Source: an uncultured Candidatus Rokubacteria bacterium (GTDB lineage Bacteria > Methylomirabilota > Methylomirabilia > Rokubacteriales > CSP1-6). Taken from it: DNA of 64,000 bases. Under the pieces are notes generated by a model that saw only the letters and a program-made list of their open reading frames with translations, was not told where the DNA came from and searched no databases. The stretch is from the NCBI GenBank assembly GCA_963789955.1, contig CAWBMV010000001.1:608001-672000 (forward strand), given 5' to 3'. Of the stretch, positions 38,271 through 48,504 are shown piece by piece; the stretch's first letter is position 1, and each line of letters opens with the position of its first letter. A program made the translations under genes and the position numbers.

Positions 38271-40416
38271 ATGGGTGAGCGGTCGTTCGCGGAGGACGTC
38301 AAACAGCTCGGGTACGGCGAAGGCGAGATCCTTCACGGCGAAGGCATCCTCGCCATCACCAAGGCGCTGCTCCAGTCCGGCGTCAGCTACGTCGGCGGAT
38401 ATCCGGGCGCGCCGGTCTCGTACCTGATCGACGTCCTGGCCGACGCGAACGACCCCCTCCTCAAGCCGCTCGGTATTTACTTCGAGCAGTCCGGGAGCGA
38501 GGCGGCCGCCGCCGCGCTCCTCGGCGCCTCCATCAACTATCCGATGCGGGGCGCCGTCACCTGGAAGTCGGTCGTCGGCACCAACGTGGCGTCCGACGCG
38601 CTGTCCCACGTCGCCTCGGCCGGCGTCATCGGCGGCTCGGTCATCGTGATCGGCGAGGACTACGGCGAGGGCGCCTCGATCCTCCAGGAGCGGACGCACT
38701 CGACGGCGCTGAAGTCGTCGATCCCGCTCCTCGATCCGCGCAACAGCCTCGACTCGTTCGCCCGCTTCGTCGGCGAAGGCTTCGGGCTCTCCGAGGCGTG
38801 CAACGAGCCGGTGTTCTTCTCGATCCGCATCCGGGCCTGCCACATGCGCGGCACCTTGCGATGCCGCGACAACGTGCGTCCGGCGATCAGCATGCTCTCG
38901 CCGCTCACCGCCCCGAGCTTCAGCATCGATCGGATCAACCTGCCGCCCTTCACGTATCAGATGGAGGCGCAGAAGTTCGAGAAGCGGCTGCCGGCGGCGC
39001 AGCGCTACATCGTCGAGCGCGGGCTCAACGAGCACTTCCGCGGCGACGAGGATCACGTCGGGATCGTCATGCAGGGCGGGCTCTGGAACACGACCATGCG
39101 CGGCCTGCACGTGCTCGGCCTCGCCGACACGCGCGGCCGGACGCCGATCCCGCTCCTGGTGCTCAACGCGATCCACCCGCTGGTTCCCGAGGAGCTGATC
39201 GAGCTTCCTGCGGGACAAGCAGCGCGTCTTCGTCGTGGAAGAAGGCATGCCGAACTACATCGAGCGCGAGCTGAAGGCGCTCGCCCACGAGGCGCGCCTC
39301 GGCGTCGAGATCCAGGGCAAGGAGCTGCTGTCGCCGCACGGCGAGTACGTGCCGCACCTCGTCATCGGCGGCCTGCGGCGGTTCTTCACCTCGGCCGGCG
39401 TCAAATCGCAGTCGACCGTGGCGATCGAGGAGCGGTATCGCGCGCTCACCGCGCACCGCGAGAAGGTGGGCGACGTGCTGCCCGAGCCGGTCGCCAAGCG
39501 CCCGCCGTCCTTCTGCACGGGCTGCCCGGAGCGGCCGGTGTTCAGCGCGCTGAAAATCTTGAGAACGCGCGAGCCGGAGATCGGCGACACGCACGTCGCG
39601 GCCGACATCGGCTGCTCGACGTTCTCGACGCAGGCGCCGTTCAACGTCGGCAACTCGGTCCTCGGCTACGGCATGGGGCTGGCGTCGTCGAGCGCCGTCT
39701 CACCGCTCTTCGGCAAGCGGACGATCTCGGTGATGGGCGACGGCGGCTTCTGGCACAACGGCCTCACCAACGGCGTCGCGAACGCGATGTACAACCGCCA
39801 GGACTCGGTCCTGGTGATCCTCGACAACTTCTACGCGGCGGCGACCGGCCAGCACCATGTGCCCTCGACCGGCAAGAACGCGCGCAACGAGCCGCTGCCG
39901 ATGACGATCCCCGATGCGCTGCGCGGCCTCGGCGTGAAGTGGATCCGGACCGTGAACTCGTACCGGATCGCCGAGGTGATCGGGACGATGCGCGAAGCGC
40001 TGACCACGCGCGTCCCGGGGCTCAAGGTCGTCATCGCCAAGAACGAGTGCATGCTCGAGCGCCAGCGCCGCGAGCGTCCCCGGCTGCGCCGCGAGGTGGC
40101 CGCCGGTCATCAGGTCGTCCAGCCGCGCTTCGGCATCGACCCCGACGTGTGCACCGGTGACCACTCCTGCATGCGCCTGAACGGGTGCCCGTCGCTCACG
40201 CTTCGCGAGAGCCCCGATCCGCTGCGCGACGATCCGATCGCCCACGTCGACGACACGTGCGTGGGCTGCGGCGTCTGCGGCGAGGTCGCCCACGCCGCGG
40301 TGCTCTGCCCGTCGTTCTACGAGGTGAAGGTGATCACGAACCCGACGTGGTGGACGCGGTTCGTGAGCCGGCTGCGCGCGATGGTCATCCGCCGCCTCGC
40401 GGCCGTCGGGACGTGA
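38271..40416 (+). CDS. iorA: indolepyruvate:ferredoxin oxidoreductase alpha subunit (frameshift near 39205)
   Basis: YVGGYPGAP, KSVVGTNVASD, RPPSFCTGCPERP, DIGC, GDGGFWHNG, C-terminal CTG..SC..CP and CVGCGVC ferredoxin motifs. Confidence 0.92.
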
Positions 40417-41968
40417 CCGACGCGCCGCTCCTGAGCCTCCTGGTCCCGGCGGTCGGCGGGCAGGGGGGCGGCGTCCTCCTCGATTGGATCGTGGACGCCG
40501 CGCTCGTCGACGGCTATCCCGTTCACGGCACGTCCATTCCGGGTGTGGCGCAGCGAACCGGATCCACGACGTACTACGTCGAGCTTTCGGGCGAGCGGAA
40601 CCCGGCGGCGGACGGAACGCCGATTTTTTCGCTCTACCCCGTCCCGGGGGCCCTCGACGTCCTTCTGGCTCCTGAATTCCTCGAGGTCGGGCGCTCGATC
40701 GAGCTCGGCTTCCCGTCGCCCGGCCGGACGACGATCATCGCCAGCACCCATCGGCTCTACTCGATCCACGAGAAGATCGTGACCGGACACGGCATCTACC
40801 CGCTCGAGAAGCTCCAGTCCGCCGCCCGCGCCTATTCGAAGAAGCTCATCGCGTTCGACGCGCTGGCGCTCGCCCGCGAGCACGGGACCGAGGCGAACGC
40901 GGTGCTGCTCGGCGCGCTCGCGGGATCCGGCGTCCTGCCGCTCCGCGAAGAGGCGTATCGCGAGGCCATCCGGGCCAAAGGCGTTCAGGTCGACGCCAAC
41001 CTGCGCGGTTTCGATGCCGGTCTGGCGGTGGCGGCGGGGCCGGCGGAGGCGGCGCGGGAGGGGTCGCGGGGCTTCGGAACCCCACTCGCCCCGGACCCCT
41101 CCCGCGCCGCCTCCGCCGGCCCCGCCGTCATCGCTACGAGTTCGGGCCTAGATCAGGACATCGAGACGATGATGGCGGAGTTTCCCGAGGATTTGCGGCC
41201 GGTGCTTCGCGTGGCGATTCCGCGGCTGATGGACTATCAGGATCGAGCGTACGCGGAGCGGTATCTGGAGCGGCTGCGACCGATCGTTCGGGCCGGGAGT
41301 CCGAGCTCGCGCAGATCGTCGCGCGGTATCTGGCGACGTGGATGACGTACGAGGATGCGGTGCGGGTGGCTCAGCTGAAGACGCGGGCCGGTCGGTTCGA
41401 GCGGATCCGTCGTGACAAGGGCGTCGGCAAGGGAGAGATCGTCGTGACGGACTACCTCAAGCCCGACCTCGACGAGATCTACGGCGTCCTTCCGTACCGG
41501 TTGGTCGCGCCGTTCGCGCGCTGGGCCGAGCGGCGCTGGCCGCACGGCCGCCCGTCGCTCGGCCAGCACGTGAAGACGACGACCGTGAGCGGCTTCGTCC
41601 GCGTGTGGATGCTCACGTGGCTGCGCCCGCTGCGGCCGATCTCGTACCGCGCCCGCGAGGAGCACGCGCGCATGGACCGCTGGCTCGCCGCGGTCGCTCG
41701 CTGCGCGCAGTGGGACGATGCGCTCGCCTGCGAAATCGCGCGCGCCGCGCAGCTCGTCAAGGGATATGGAGACGTCCGCCGGCGCATGACGGCCCACTTC
41801 GACCGCTTGCTGGAGGCCGTGCTACGGACCGCCGAGCGCGACGCGACCGGCGGCAAGTTCGAGGCATCGAGATCGCTCGCCGCGCGATACCGCACCTTGG
41901 TGCTGCAAGGCCCCGATTCGGAGGCCGCGGCCGTCGCGCTCGCCGCCGAGACGCCCGCCCGATCCTAG
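40413..41968 (+). CDS. iorB: indolepyruvate oxidoreductase beta-subunit family protein with DUF6537-like C-terminus (frameshift near 41300)
   Basis: AVGGQGGGVL, GVAQRTGST.YY, NAVLLGAL, L.DYQD.AYA.RY, M.YED..RVA, LVKGYGD. Confidence 0.9.
41023..41136. repeat. long palindrome embedded in frame within iorB
   Basis: 41032-41065 is the exact reverse complement of 41094-41127 (34 bp). It extends 9 bp outward with G.U pairs and 6 bp inward, leaving a 15-nt loop. Confidence 0.9.
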
Positions 41969-41984
41969 CTCGAGCGGCCCGCGG

Positions 41985-42680
41985 CTACGCGGTGGCGCGG
42001 TGGATCACTTCTCGGAGGCGTTCGGCGTCGTGAGGGTCGAGCCGCACGAAGGTGAAGGCCTGCCCGTCGGGGTCGATCCGAACGAGAATCGCGATGACCT
42101 CGATCTCCGCGCCGCCGTCCGGCGGCGTGAAGATCGCCCGGCCGATCGTGTCCCGGTCGAACGACGCGCTGAAGCGCGCCTTCATGCCCGAGAGGCCCAC
42201 CTCGATCAAGGTGCCCTGATGCTCGCGTCCGTTGTACTCGGAGAGCCGCACCGCAATGGGCAGGCGGGCACGCGTCGAGCGCCGCTTCTCGGGGCGCCGC
42301 TCGAGCTCGGCGACCCGGCTCATGGCGTGCGGCTCGATGAAGGTCAGGACCTCGTTCAGGCGATCGAGCTGGACCGGCTTGCCCATGAAGTCGGCGGCGC
42401 CGAGCCGCAGGCACTCGCGCGCCTGGGCCTCGTTGACGACCCCGGAGACCGCGACGATCGGAACGCCGAGCGCCCGCACCGGCCGGAGCTGCAGGAAATC
42501 GATCCCGCTCATCCCCGGGAGCTGGACGTCGAGCAGGATCGCGTCGAGCCGCTCGGTCTGCAGGCTGGCGAGCGCGGCTTCGGCCGTGTGGACGACGAGC
42601 GGATGGTGGCCGAGCTCGACGAGGAAGTCGCGAAACACATCGCCCAGGTCGACCTGGTCCTCGACCACGAGCACCCGCAT
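41985..42680 (-). CDS. response regulator receiver domain fused to PilZ-like domain
   Basis: VLVVED, LLDVQLPGMSG, VSG, KP; then EKRRSTR (RxxxR) and EVGLSG. Confidence 0.85.
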   Translation of the reverse strand: MRVLVVEDQVDLGDVFRDFLVELGHHPLVVHTAEAALASLQTERLDAILLDVQLPGMSGIDFLQLRPVRALGVPIVAVSGVVNEAQARECLRLGAADFMGKPVQLDRLNEVLTFIEPHAMSRVAELERRPEKRRSTRARLPIAVRLSEYNGREHQGTLIEVGLSGMKARFSASFDRDTIGRAIFTPPDGGAEIEVIAILVRIDPDGQAFTFVRLDPHDAERLREVIHRATA

Positions 42681-42754
42681 CGTGCTTCGAGCCTAGCACG
42701 ATAGGTGCGACTTCCATGACGAACGCGAGAGCGTGAGGGCGGCTCGGACCCGCG

Positions 42755-42763
42755 TGCTATACT
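42755..42763 (+). promoter_or_regulatory. extended -10 promoter of the nuo operon
   Basis: TGcTATACT, ~33 nt before the nuoA TTG, with AAGGAGG RBS. Confidence 0.65.
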
Positions 42764-42796
42764 GAGCGCCCGGGTGCATCTCGAAGGAGGAGTATC

Positions 42797-43151
42797 TTGT
42801 CGGGCTACCTGCCCGTTCTCATCTTCGCCGCGCTGATCACCGGCTTCGCAGTCGTCTCACTCGCGGTGGCGCGGCTGCTGCGCCCGAGCCGCCCCGGCGC
42901 GGTCAAGCTCATGAACTACGAGTGCGGTGCCGAGCCGATCGGCACGGCGTGGGTGCAGTTCCCGGTCGGCTTCTACCTGGTCGCGCTCGTGTTCATCGTC
43001 TTCGACGCGCTCGCGGTGTTCCTGTTCCCGTGGGCGCTGGTCCTCCGCCTCGTCGGGCATCAGCGCGTTCTGGGTGATGGCGGCGTTCGTCGGCGTCCTC
43101 GGGCTCGGCTGGCTCTACGCGTACCGGGAGGGCGTGCTCGAATGGAAGTGA
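42797..43151 (+). CDS. nuoA: NADH-quinone oxidoreductase subunit A (frameshift near 43050)
   Basis: [34 protein letters not shown]. Confidence 0.93.
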
Positions 43152-43783
43152 AGCCGCCCATCCCGCAGGTTCCCGCTCCCGTCTGGGGCGAGTTCAAGGA
43201 TCTGCAGGAGTGGGAGAAGTACCACCAGTCACGCTCGGACGACGACAAGACCTCGAACGCCCTCGCCTCCATCGCCGACGCGATCCACCACATGCCGGGC
43301 GGCTGGATCGTCACGACGTCCACCGACAAGATCTTCAACTGGGCGCGCAAGTCGTCGATCTGGCCGGTCACGTTCGGTCTGGCCTGCTGCGCCATCGAGA
43401 TGATGGCCACCTTCGCGTCCCGCTTCGACGTCGAGCGCTTCGGGATGGTGCCCTGGGCCTCTCCGCGGCATTCGGACCTCATGATCGTCTCGGGAACCGT
43501 GACCATCAAGATGGCGCCGATGCTCAAGCGCATCTACGATCAGATGCCCGATCCCAAGTGGGTGGTCTCCATGGGCTCGTGCGCGAACTCCGGCGGCCCC
43601 TTTCGCCACGGCTATCACGTCGTGAAGGGCGTCGACCGCGTCGTCCCCGTCGACGTCTACGTGCCGGGCTGTCCGCCGACCCCCGACTCCCTGATGTACG
43701 GGCTGCTCAAGCTCCAGACCCAGGTCGACGAGTTCCAGAAGACCGGGAAGCGCTCCGCTGCGTCCGACCCCGGGGGAGCATGA
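43142..43783 (+). CDS. nuoB: NADH-quinone oxidoreductase subunit B
   Basis: [33 protein letters not shown]. Confidence 0.96.
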   Translation: MEVKPPIPQVPAPVWGEFKDLQEWEKYHQSRSDDDKTSNALASIADAIHHMPGGWIVTTSTDKIFNWARKSSIWPVTFGLACCAIEMMATFASRFDVERFGMVPWASPRHSDLMIVSGTVTIKMAPMLKRIYDQMPDPKWVVSMGSCANSGGPFRHGYHVVKGVDRVVPVDVYVPGCPPTPDSLMYGLLKLQTQVDEFQKTGKRSAASDPGGA

Positions 43784-44230
43784 CGCCCGCCGACGCGCGC
43801 GCGCGCATCCAGGAGCGGTTCGGAGTGGACGCGGTCGCCGACGGTGGGCTCGCCGTTAGTCTTGCCGCGCGACCGCTGGCACGAGTTCGCCCGCTTCGCC
43901 CGCGACGAGCTGGGCTGCCGCTACTTCAACTGGCTCTCCGCCGTGGACTGGAAGGACCAGGGATTCGAGGTGCTCTGCCGCGTCGAGAATCTCGACGCGC
44001 CGCTCGTGGTCACGATGCGCACGCGCCTGGGCGCGGGCGAGACGCGCTGTTCGTCGGTGACCCCGCTCTATCGAGGCGCCAACTGGATGGAGCGCGAGTG
44101 CTACGACATGTTCGGGATCGTCTTCGAGGGCCATCCCGACCTGCGGCGCATCCTCCTCTCGGACGACTGGGAGGGCTATCCGCTCCGGAAGGACTACGCC
44201 GTCGACACGCCGATGGCGCCGTACCGATGA
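43780..44230 (+). CDS. nuoC: NADH-quinone oxidoreductase subunit C (frameshift near 43850)
   Basis: [38 protein letters not shown]. Confidence 0.94.
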
Positions 44231-44266
44231 TCGCTCACGCGAGGACCAAGTGAGGAGACGCGACCC

Positions 44267-44902
44267 ATGATCTACGAGCTCCGGACCTATACCTTGACGC
44301 CGGGCAAGCAGGGCGAGTACCTCAAGCTCAACTCCGAGATCGGACGTCCGATCCGCGGCGACAAGTACGGCAAGCTCGAGGGCTCGTGGACGACCGAGTT
44401 CGGCACCCTGAATCAGTACGTCCACCTCTGGGCCTACGCGGATCTCGTCGAGCGCGAGCGCCTGCGCGGTGAGCTCGCGAAGAACGAGGCGTGGAGCAAG
44501 GACTACGTCTCGAAGATCCGGCCGCTGCTGCTGGCCCAGGAGAACAAGATCCTCTCGGCGCAGCTGCCGCTGAAGCCACCGGCCGACGGCGGGCACATCT
44601 ACGAGCTCCGCACCTATCGCACACAGGTCGGCAAGGCCGGCGAGTGGCTCGGCCACTTCAAGGGCATCATGCCCGTGCGCGAGAAATACTCGAAGAACGT
44701 CGGCGTGTTTCAGACCGAGGTCGCCCAGCTGAACGAGGTCGTGCACCTCTGGGCGTATCGCGACCTGAACGACCGGGCGGCCGTGCGCGGCAAGACGCTT
44801 CAAGATCCGGAATGGCAGGCCTTCCTCGGCAAGGCCACGCCGCTGCTCGTCGAGATGCGCTCGGTGGCCCTCGTCCCGGCGCCGTCGTCTCCCATGAAGT
44901 AG
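44267..44902 (+). CDS. tandem NIPSNAP-domain protein
   Basis: Two repeats of IYELRTY...G...TE.G.LN..VHLWAY.DL..R..R; GAGGAG RBS. Confidence 0.92.
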   Translation: MIYELRTYTLTPGKQGEYLKLNSEIGRPIRGDKYGKLEGSWTTEFGTLNQYVHLWAYADLVERERLRGELAKNEAWSKDYVSKIRPLLLAQENKILSAQLPLKPPADGGHIYELRTYRTQVGKAGEWLGHFKGIMPVREKYSKNVGVFQTEVAQLNEVVHLWAYRDLNDRAAVRGKTLQDPEWQAFLGKATPLLVEMRSVALVPAPSSPMK

Positions 44903-44909
44903 CTCGACC

Positions 44910-46073
44910 GTGGCCGAGACGCAGACCCAGCAGGTGGTCGAGGTCGGCTACGGGGGCAACGAGCGCCTCATGATGAACATGGGGCCTCAGCACCCGTCGT
45001 CGCACGGCGTGTTCCGGATGATCCTCACGCTCGAGGGCGAGACCGTCGTCGCCGTCGACGCCGTCATCGGCTACCTGCATCGATGCCACGAGAAGCTCGG
45101 CGAGACCCTGACGTACGTCCAGTACCCGTCGATCGCGTCGAAGACCGACTACGTCGCGGCCATGACCGCCGAGCTCGCGTACGTCTCCGCCGTCGAGAAG
45201 ATCGCGAAGATCGAGGTCCCCCGCCGCGCGCAATACCTGCGCGTGATCGTCGCCGAGCTCCAGCGCATCGCCTCGCATTGCCTCTGGCTCGGCACCTGGT
45301 GTCTGGACATGGGCGGGGCGCTCGGGGGCGGCGCGACCGTCTTCCTCTACTGCATCCGCGAGCGCGAGATGGTGCTCGATCGATTCGAGGAGCTGACGGG
45401 CGCGCGCCTGCTCTACGGCTTTCATCAGACCGGTGGCACGCGCTACGACATGCCGTCGGGCTGGGACAAGAAGGTGCGCGAGACGGTCGACTTCATCGAG
45501 AAGCGGCTCGACGAGTACGAGGCGATGCTGGAGGACAACACGTTCTTCCGCGTCCGCACGCAGGGCGTCGGCGTGATCTCGCGCGAAGTCGCCGAGGCGG
45601 TCGGCGTGTCGGGCCCGCTGATCCGCGGCTCGGGAGTGGCGTACGACGTCCGGCGCGCCGAGCCGTATTCGTCCTACGGCGACTTCGACTTCGTCGTGCC
45701 GGTGGAGACCGCGGGGGACTGCTACGCGCGCTACCGCGTGCGGATGGTCGAGTTCCGCCAGTCGATCCGGATCATCCGGCAGGCGCTCGACGGGCTCCCC
45801 GAGGGCCCGATCTCGTCGCGGCCGGGCGTGAAGTCGGTCGCCCAGGTCCGGGTGCCCAAGGGCGAGGGATACACGCGCATCGAAGGCGCGCGCGGCGAGA
45901 TCGGATGCTACATCGTCAGCGACGGCGGGCCCAAGCCGTATCGCCTGAAATGGCGGGGCGCGTCCTTCTCGAACCTCGCGGTCTTGCCGTACATCGTGCC
46001 CGGGCACAAGGTGGCCGACGTCGTGGCGATCATGGGCTCGGTCGACCCGGTATTCGGCGAGGTCGACCGATGA
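44910..46073 (+). CDS. nuoD: NADH-quinone oxidoreductase subunit D
   Basis: NMGPQHPSSHGV, GYLHR..EK, ELQRIASH, GDCYARY, D.VFGEVDR. Confidence 0.96.
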   Translation: MAETQTQQVVEVGYGGNERLMMNMGPQHPSSHGVFRMILTLEGETVVAVDAVIGYLHRCHEKLGETLTYVQYPSIASKTDYVAAMTAELAYVSAVEKIAKIEVPRRAQYLRVIVAELQRIASHCLWLGTWCLDMGGALGGGATVFLYCIREREMVLDRFEELTGARLLYGFHQTGGTRYDMPSGWDKKVRETVDFIEKRLDEYEAMLEDNTFFRVRTQGVGVISREVAEAVGVSGPLIRGSGVAYDVRRAEPYSSYGDFDFVVPVETAGDCYARYRVRMVEFRQSIRIIRQALDGLPEGPISSRPGVKSVAQVRVPKGEGYTRIEGARGEIGCYIVSDGGPKPYRLKWRGASFSNLAVLPYIVPGHKVADVVAIMGSVDPVFGEVDR

Positions 46074-46167
46074 CCAACCAGCCAGGGACGGAGCGCGCGC
46101 TGCGGAGCCGGGTTGCGTCTGTCTCAGGCCACCCTCGGTCCAAGCCGGGCTCATGGTCCCCGCTACA

Positions 46168-47144
46168 ATGATCTGGCACGCGATCGAGGGATTCATCGTC
46201 CTCAACGTGCTGCTCGGGCTGGTCGCCTACGTCACCTTGCTCGAGCGCAAGTTCGCCGCGCGGATGCAGTCGCGAATCGGTCCGTACTACGTGGGCCGCC
46301 CGCACGGCTGGCTGCAGCCGATCGCCGACGCGCTGAAGCTGATGATGAAGGAAGACATCGTCCCGACCGCCAGCGACCGCGCGGTCTACAACCTGGCGCC
46401 GATCGTCTTCCTCATCCCGTGTCTCTTGATCTTCGCGACGATCCCGTTCGCGCCCGAGCTCGGCGTCGCCGACCTGAACATCGGCGTGCTCTTCTTCCTG
46501 GCGGTCTCGTCGCTCGAGATCATCGGGCTCTTCATGGGCGGCTGGGGATCGAACAACAAATACGCGCTGCTCTCCGCGATGCGGGCGGTCAACCAGATCA
46601 TCTCCTACGACCTGCCGTTCATCTTCGCCGCGCTCGTCCCGGTGGTCCTCGCGGGCTCGATGCAGATGTCGGCGATCGTGGCCGCGCAGCAGGGCCTGTG
46701 GTTCGTCGCGTATCCGGTGATCGGCCAGCTCGCGTTCGTCGCGTTCCTGATCGCGACCCTGGCGGCCGAGAACCGGGTGCCGTTCGACATCCTCGAGGCC
46801 GAGTCGGAGCTGGTGGCCGGCTTCCGCGTCGAGTACAGCGGCATGAAGTTCGCGCTGATCCAGCTGGCCGAGTACGCGCACATGCTCGGCACGAGCTTCC
46901 TCGGCGCGCTGCTGTTCCTGGGGGGCTGGCTCGGACCCGGGCCGGCGTGCGCTCGGGCCGCTATGGCTCCTCGTGAAGGCGATCGCGATCTTCCTGATCG
47001 TGACGTGGGTGCGGTGGTCGCTTCGTGCGGATCCGCGTCGACCAGATCCTGGCGATCTCGTGGAAGCTCCTGCTGCCGGCGACCCTCGTGCTGCTGCTGG
47101 CGACCGGGTTCGTCGTCGCGATGCGAGGCGCCGGTGGCGGCTAA
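46168..47144 (+). CDS. nuoH: NADH-quinone oxidoreductase subunit H (frameshifts near 46948 and 47022)
   Basis: ERK..ARMQSRIGP, LQPIADALKL..KE, NRVPFD..EAESELVAGF.VEYSG, R.DQ....WK.LLP. Confidence 0.94.
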
Positions 47145-47707
47145 CGGCGGGTCCGCGCCGGGGTTCTGGCGGAGAAACGGGGCAGCTGGTGGGCGCCGTC
47201 GGCCGCGCGATGGGCGTCACCTTGCGGAATCTCTTCCGCAAGCCGGTGACGGTCCACTATCCCGACGTCAAGCGCGAGTACCCGGATCGCTTCCGCGGCA
47301 TCCTCGCGCTCGCCTACGAGAAGGAGACCGGCGAGGAGGCCTGCATCGGCTGCCGGCTCTGCGAGTACGTGTGCCCGCCGCAGGTCATCAAGGTCGAGAT
47401 GTTGAAGAGCGCGAAGCGGAACTACGCGAAGACGTTCACGCTCGAGCTCTACGCGTGCGAGTTCTGCGAGCTGTGCGTGCAGGTCTGTCCGACCGACGCG
47501 ATCATCATGATGAAGTCCTTCGATCTCGCGACCTCGGATCGGCGCGATATGCTGCTCGACAAGGATCGCCTGCACGCGCTCGGTCTGCAGTTCGAGCCGT
47601 CGTGGGCGACCGGCAATCGGCTCCGCGACATGCAGGCGCCGCCGAAGCCGGCGCGGTCCGAGGCCAGGGGAGAAGGCAAGGGAGAGACGAAGGAGCCGGC
47701 CGAGTGA
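47134..47707 (+). CDS. nuoI: NADH-quinone oxidoreductase subunit I (frameshift near 47175)
   Basis: T.HYP, RFRG, CIGCRLCEYVCP, CEFCELCVQVCP.DAI. Confidence 0.94.
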
Positions 47708-48200
47708 CCGTCGAAACGGTTGGATTCTGGGTGGTAGCCGTGGTGCTACTCGCCTCGAGCCTTGCCGTCGTGCTCACCCCGAACCTGTTTCACGCCGTGC
47801 TGTATCTCGCGGCCGCGCTGGTCGCGACCGGCGCGATCTTCCTCCTCCTCGACGCAGCCCTTTCTGTTCGCCGTCCAGCTCCTGCTCTACGCCGGAGGCG
47901 TCGTCACGATCGTCGTGTTCGCGATCATGCTGACCGAGCGGCTGGTCGGCCAGCGCATCCGGCAGGCCAGCCGTCATCCCGTGAACGGCGCGATCGTCGC
48001 GGCCGCCGTCTTCGCCGGTATCGCCGGGTTCCTGCTCCGGTCGCCGCTCGCGACGCCGCCGCCCGGGCCCGGCGGCCGACGCGACGGTCGCGATCGGACG
48101 CGCGCTGGTGGGCCCCTTCGCGGTGACCCTCGAGCTCCTGGGCGTGCTGCTGGTGACCGCGCTCCTCGGCGCGCTCTACTTCGCGCGAGGCGAGGAATGA
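47704..48200 (+). CDS. nuoJ: NADH-quinone oxidoreductase subunit J (frameshifts near 47855 and 48078)
   Basis: [35 protein letters not shown]. Confidence 0.9.
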
Positions 48201-48500
48201 TCGGACTCTCGTCCTATCTGGTCCTGGCCGCGCTCGTGTTCTCGATCGGTCTCTTCGGCGTGCTGACCCGCCGCAACGCGGTCGGCATCCTGCTCGGGAT
48301 CGAGCTGATGCTGAACGCCGTCAACATCAACCTGGTCGCGTTCGCGCGCTACAACGGCGACCTGATCGGGGTGATCTTCACGCTTGTTCACGATCTCCAT
48401 CACCGTGGCCGAGGTCGCCGTGGGGCTCGCGATCGTCATCGCGATCTTCCGGGTGCGGCGGACGGTCGAGGCGGACCGCCTCGACCTGCTGCGGGGATAG
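48197..48500 (+). CDS. nuoK: NADH-quinone oxidoreductase subunit K (frameshift near 48385)
   Basis: [31 protein letters not shown]. Confidence 0.93.
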
Positions 48501-48504
48501 TGCC

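Noticed and set aside
42797..43783. NuoA-NuoB fusion ORF
   Set aside because: The NuoA C-terminus (YREGVLEWK*) is in another frame after an indel near 43050.
43142..46073. Group 4 [NiFe]-hydrogenase interpretation of the nuoEFG-less cluster
   Set aside because: The large subunit lacks both Ni-binding CxxC motifs (ends DPVFGEVDR) and NuoB has the CCAIE motif of complex I.
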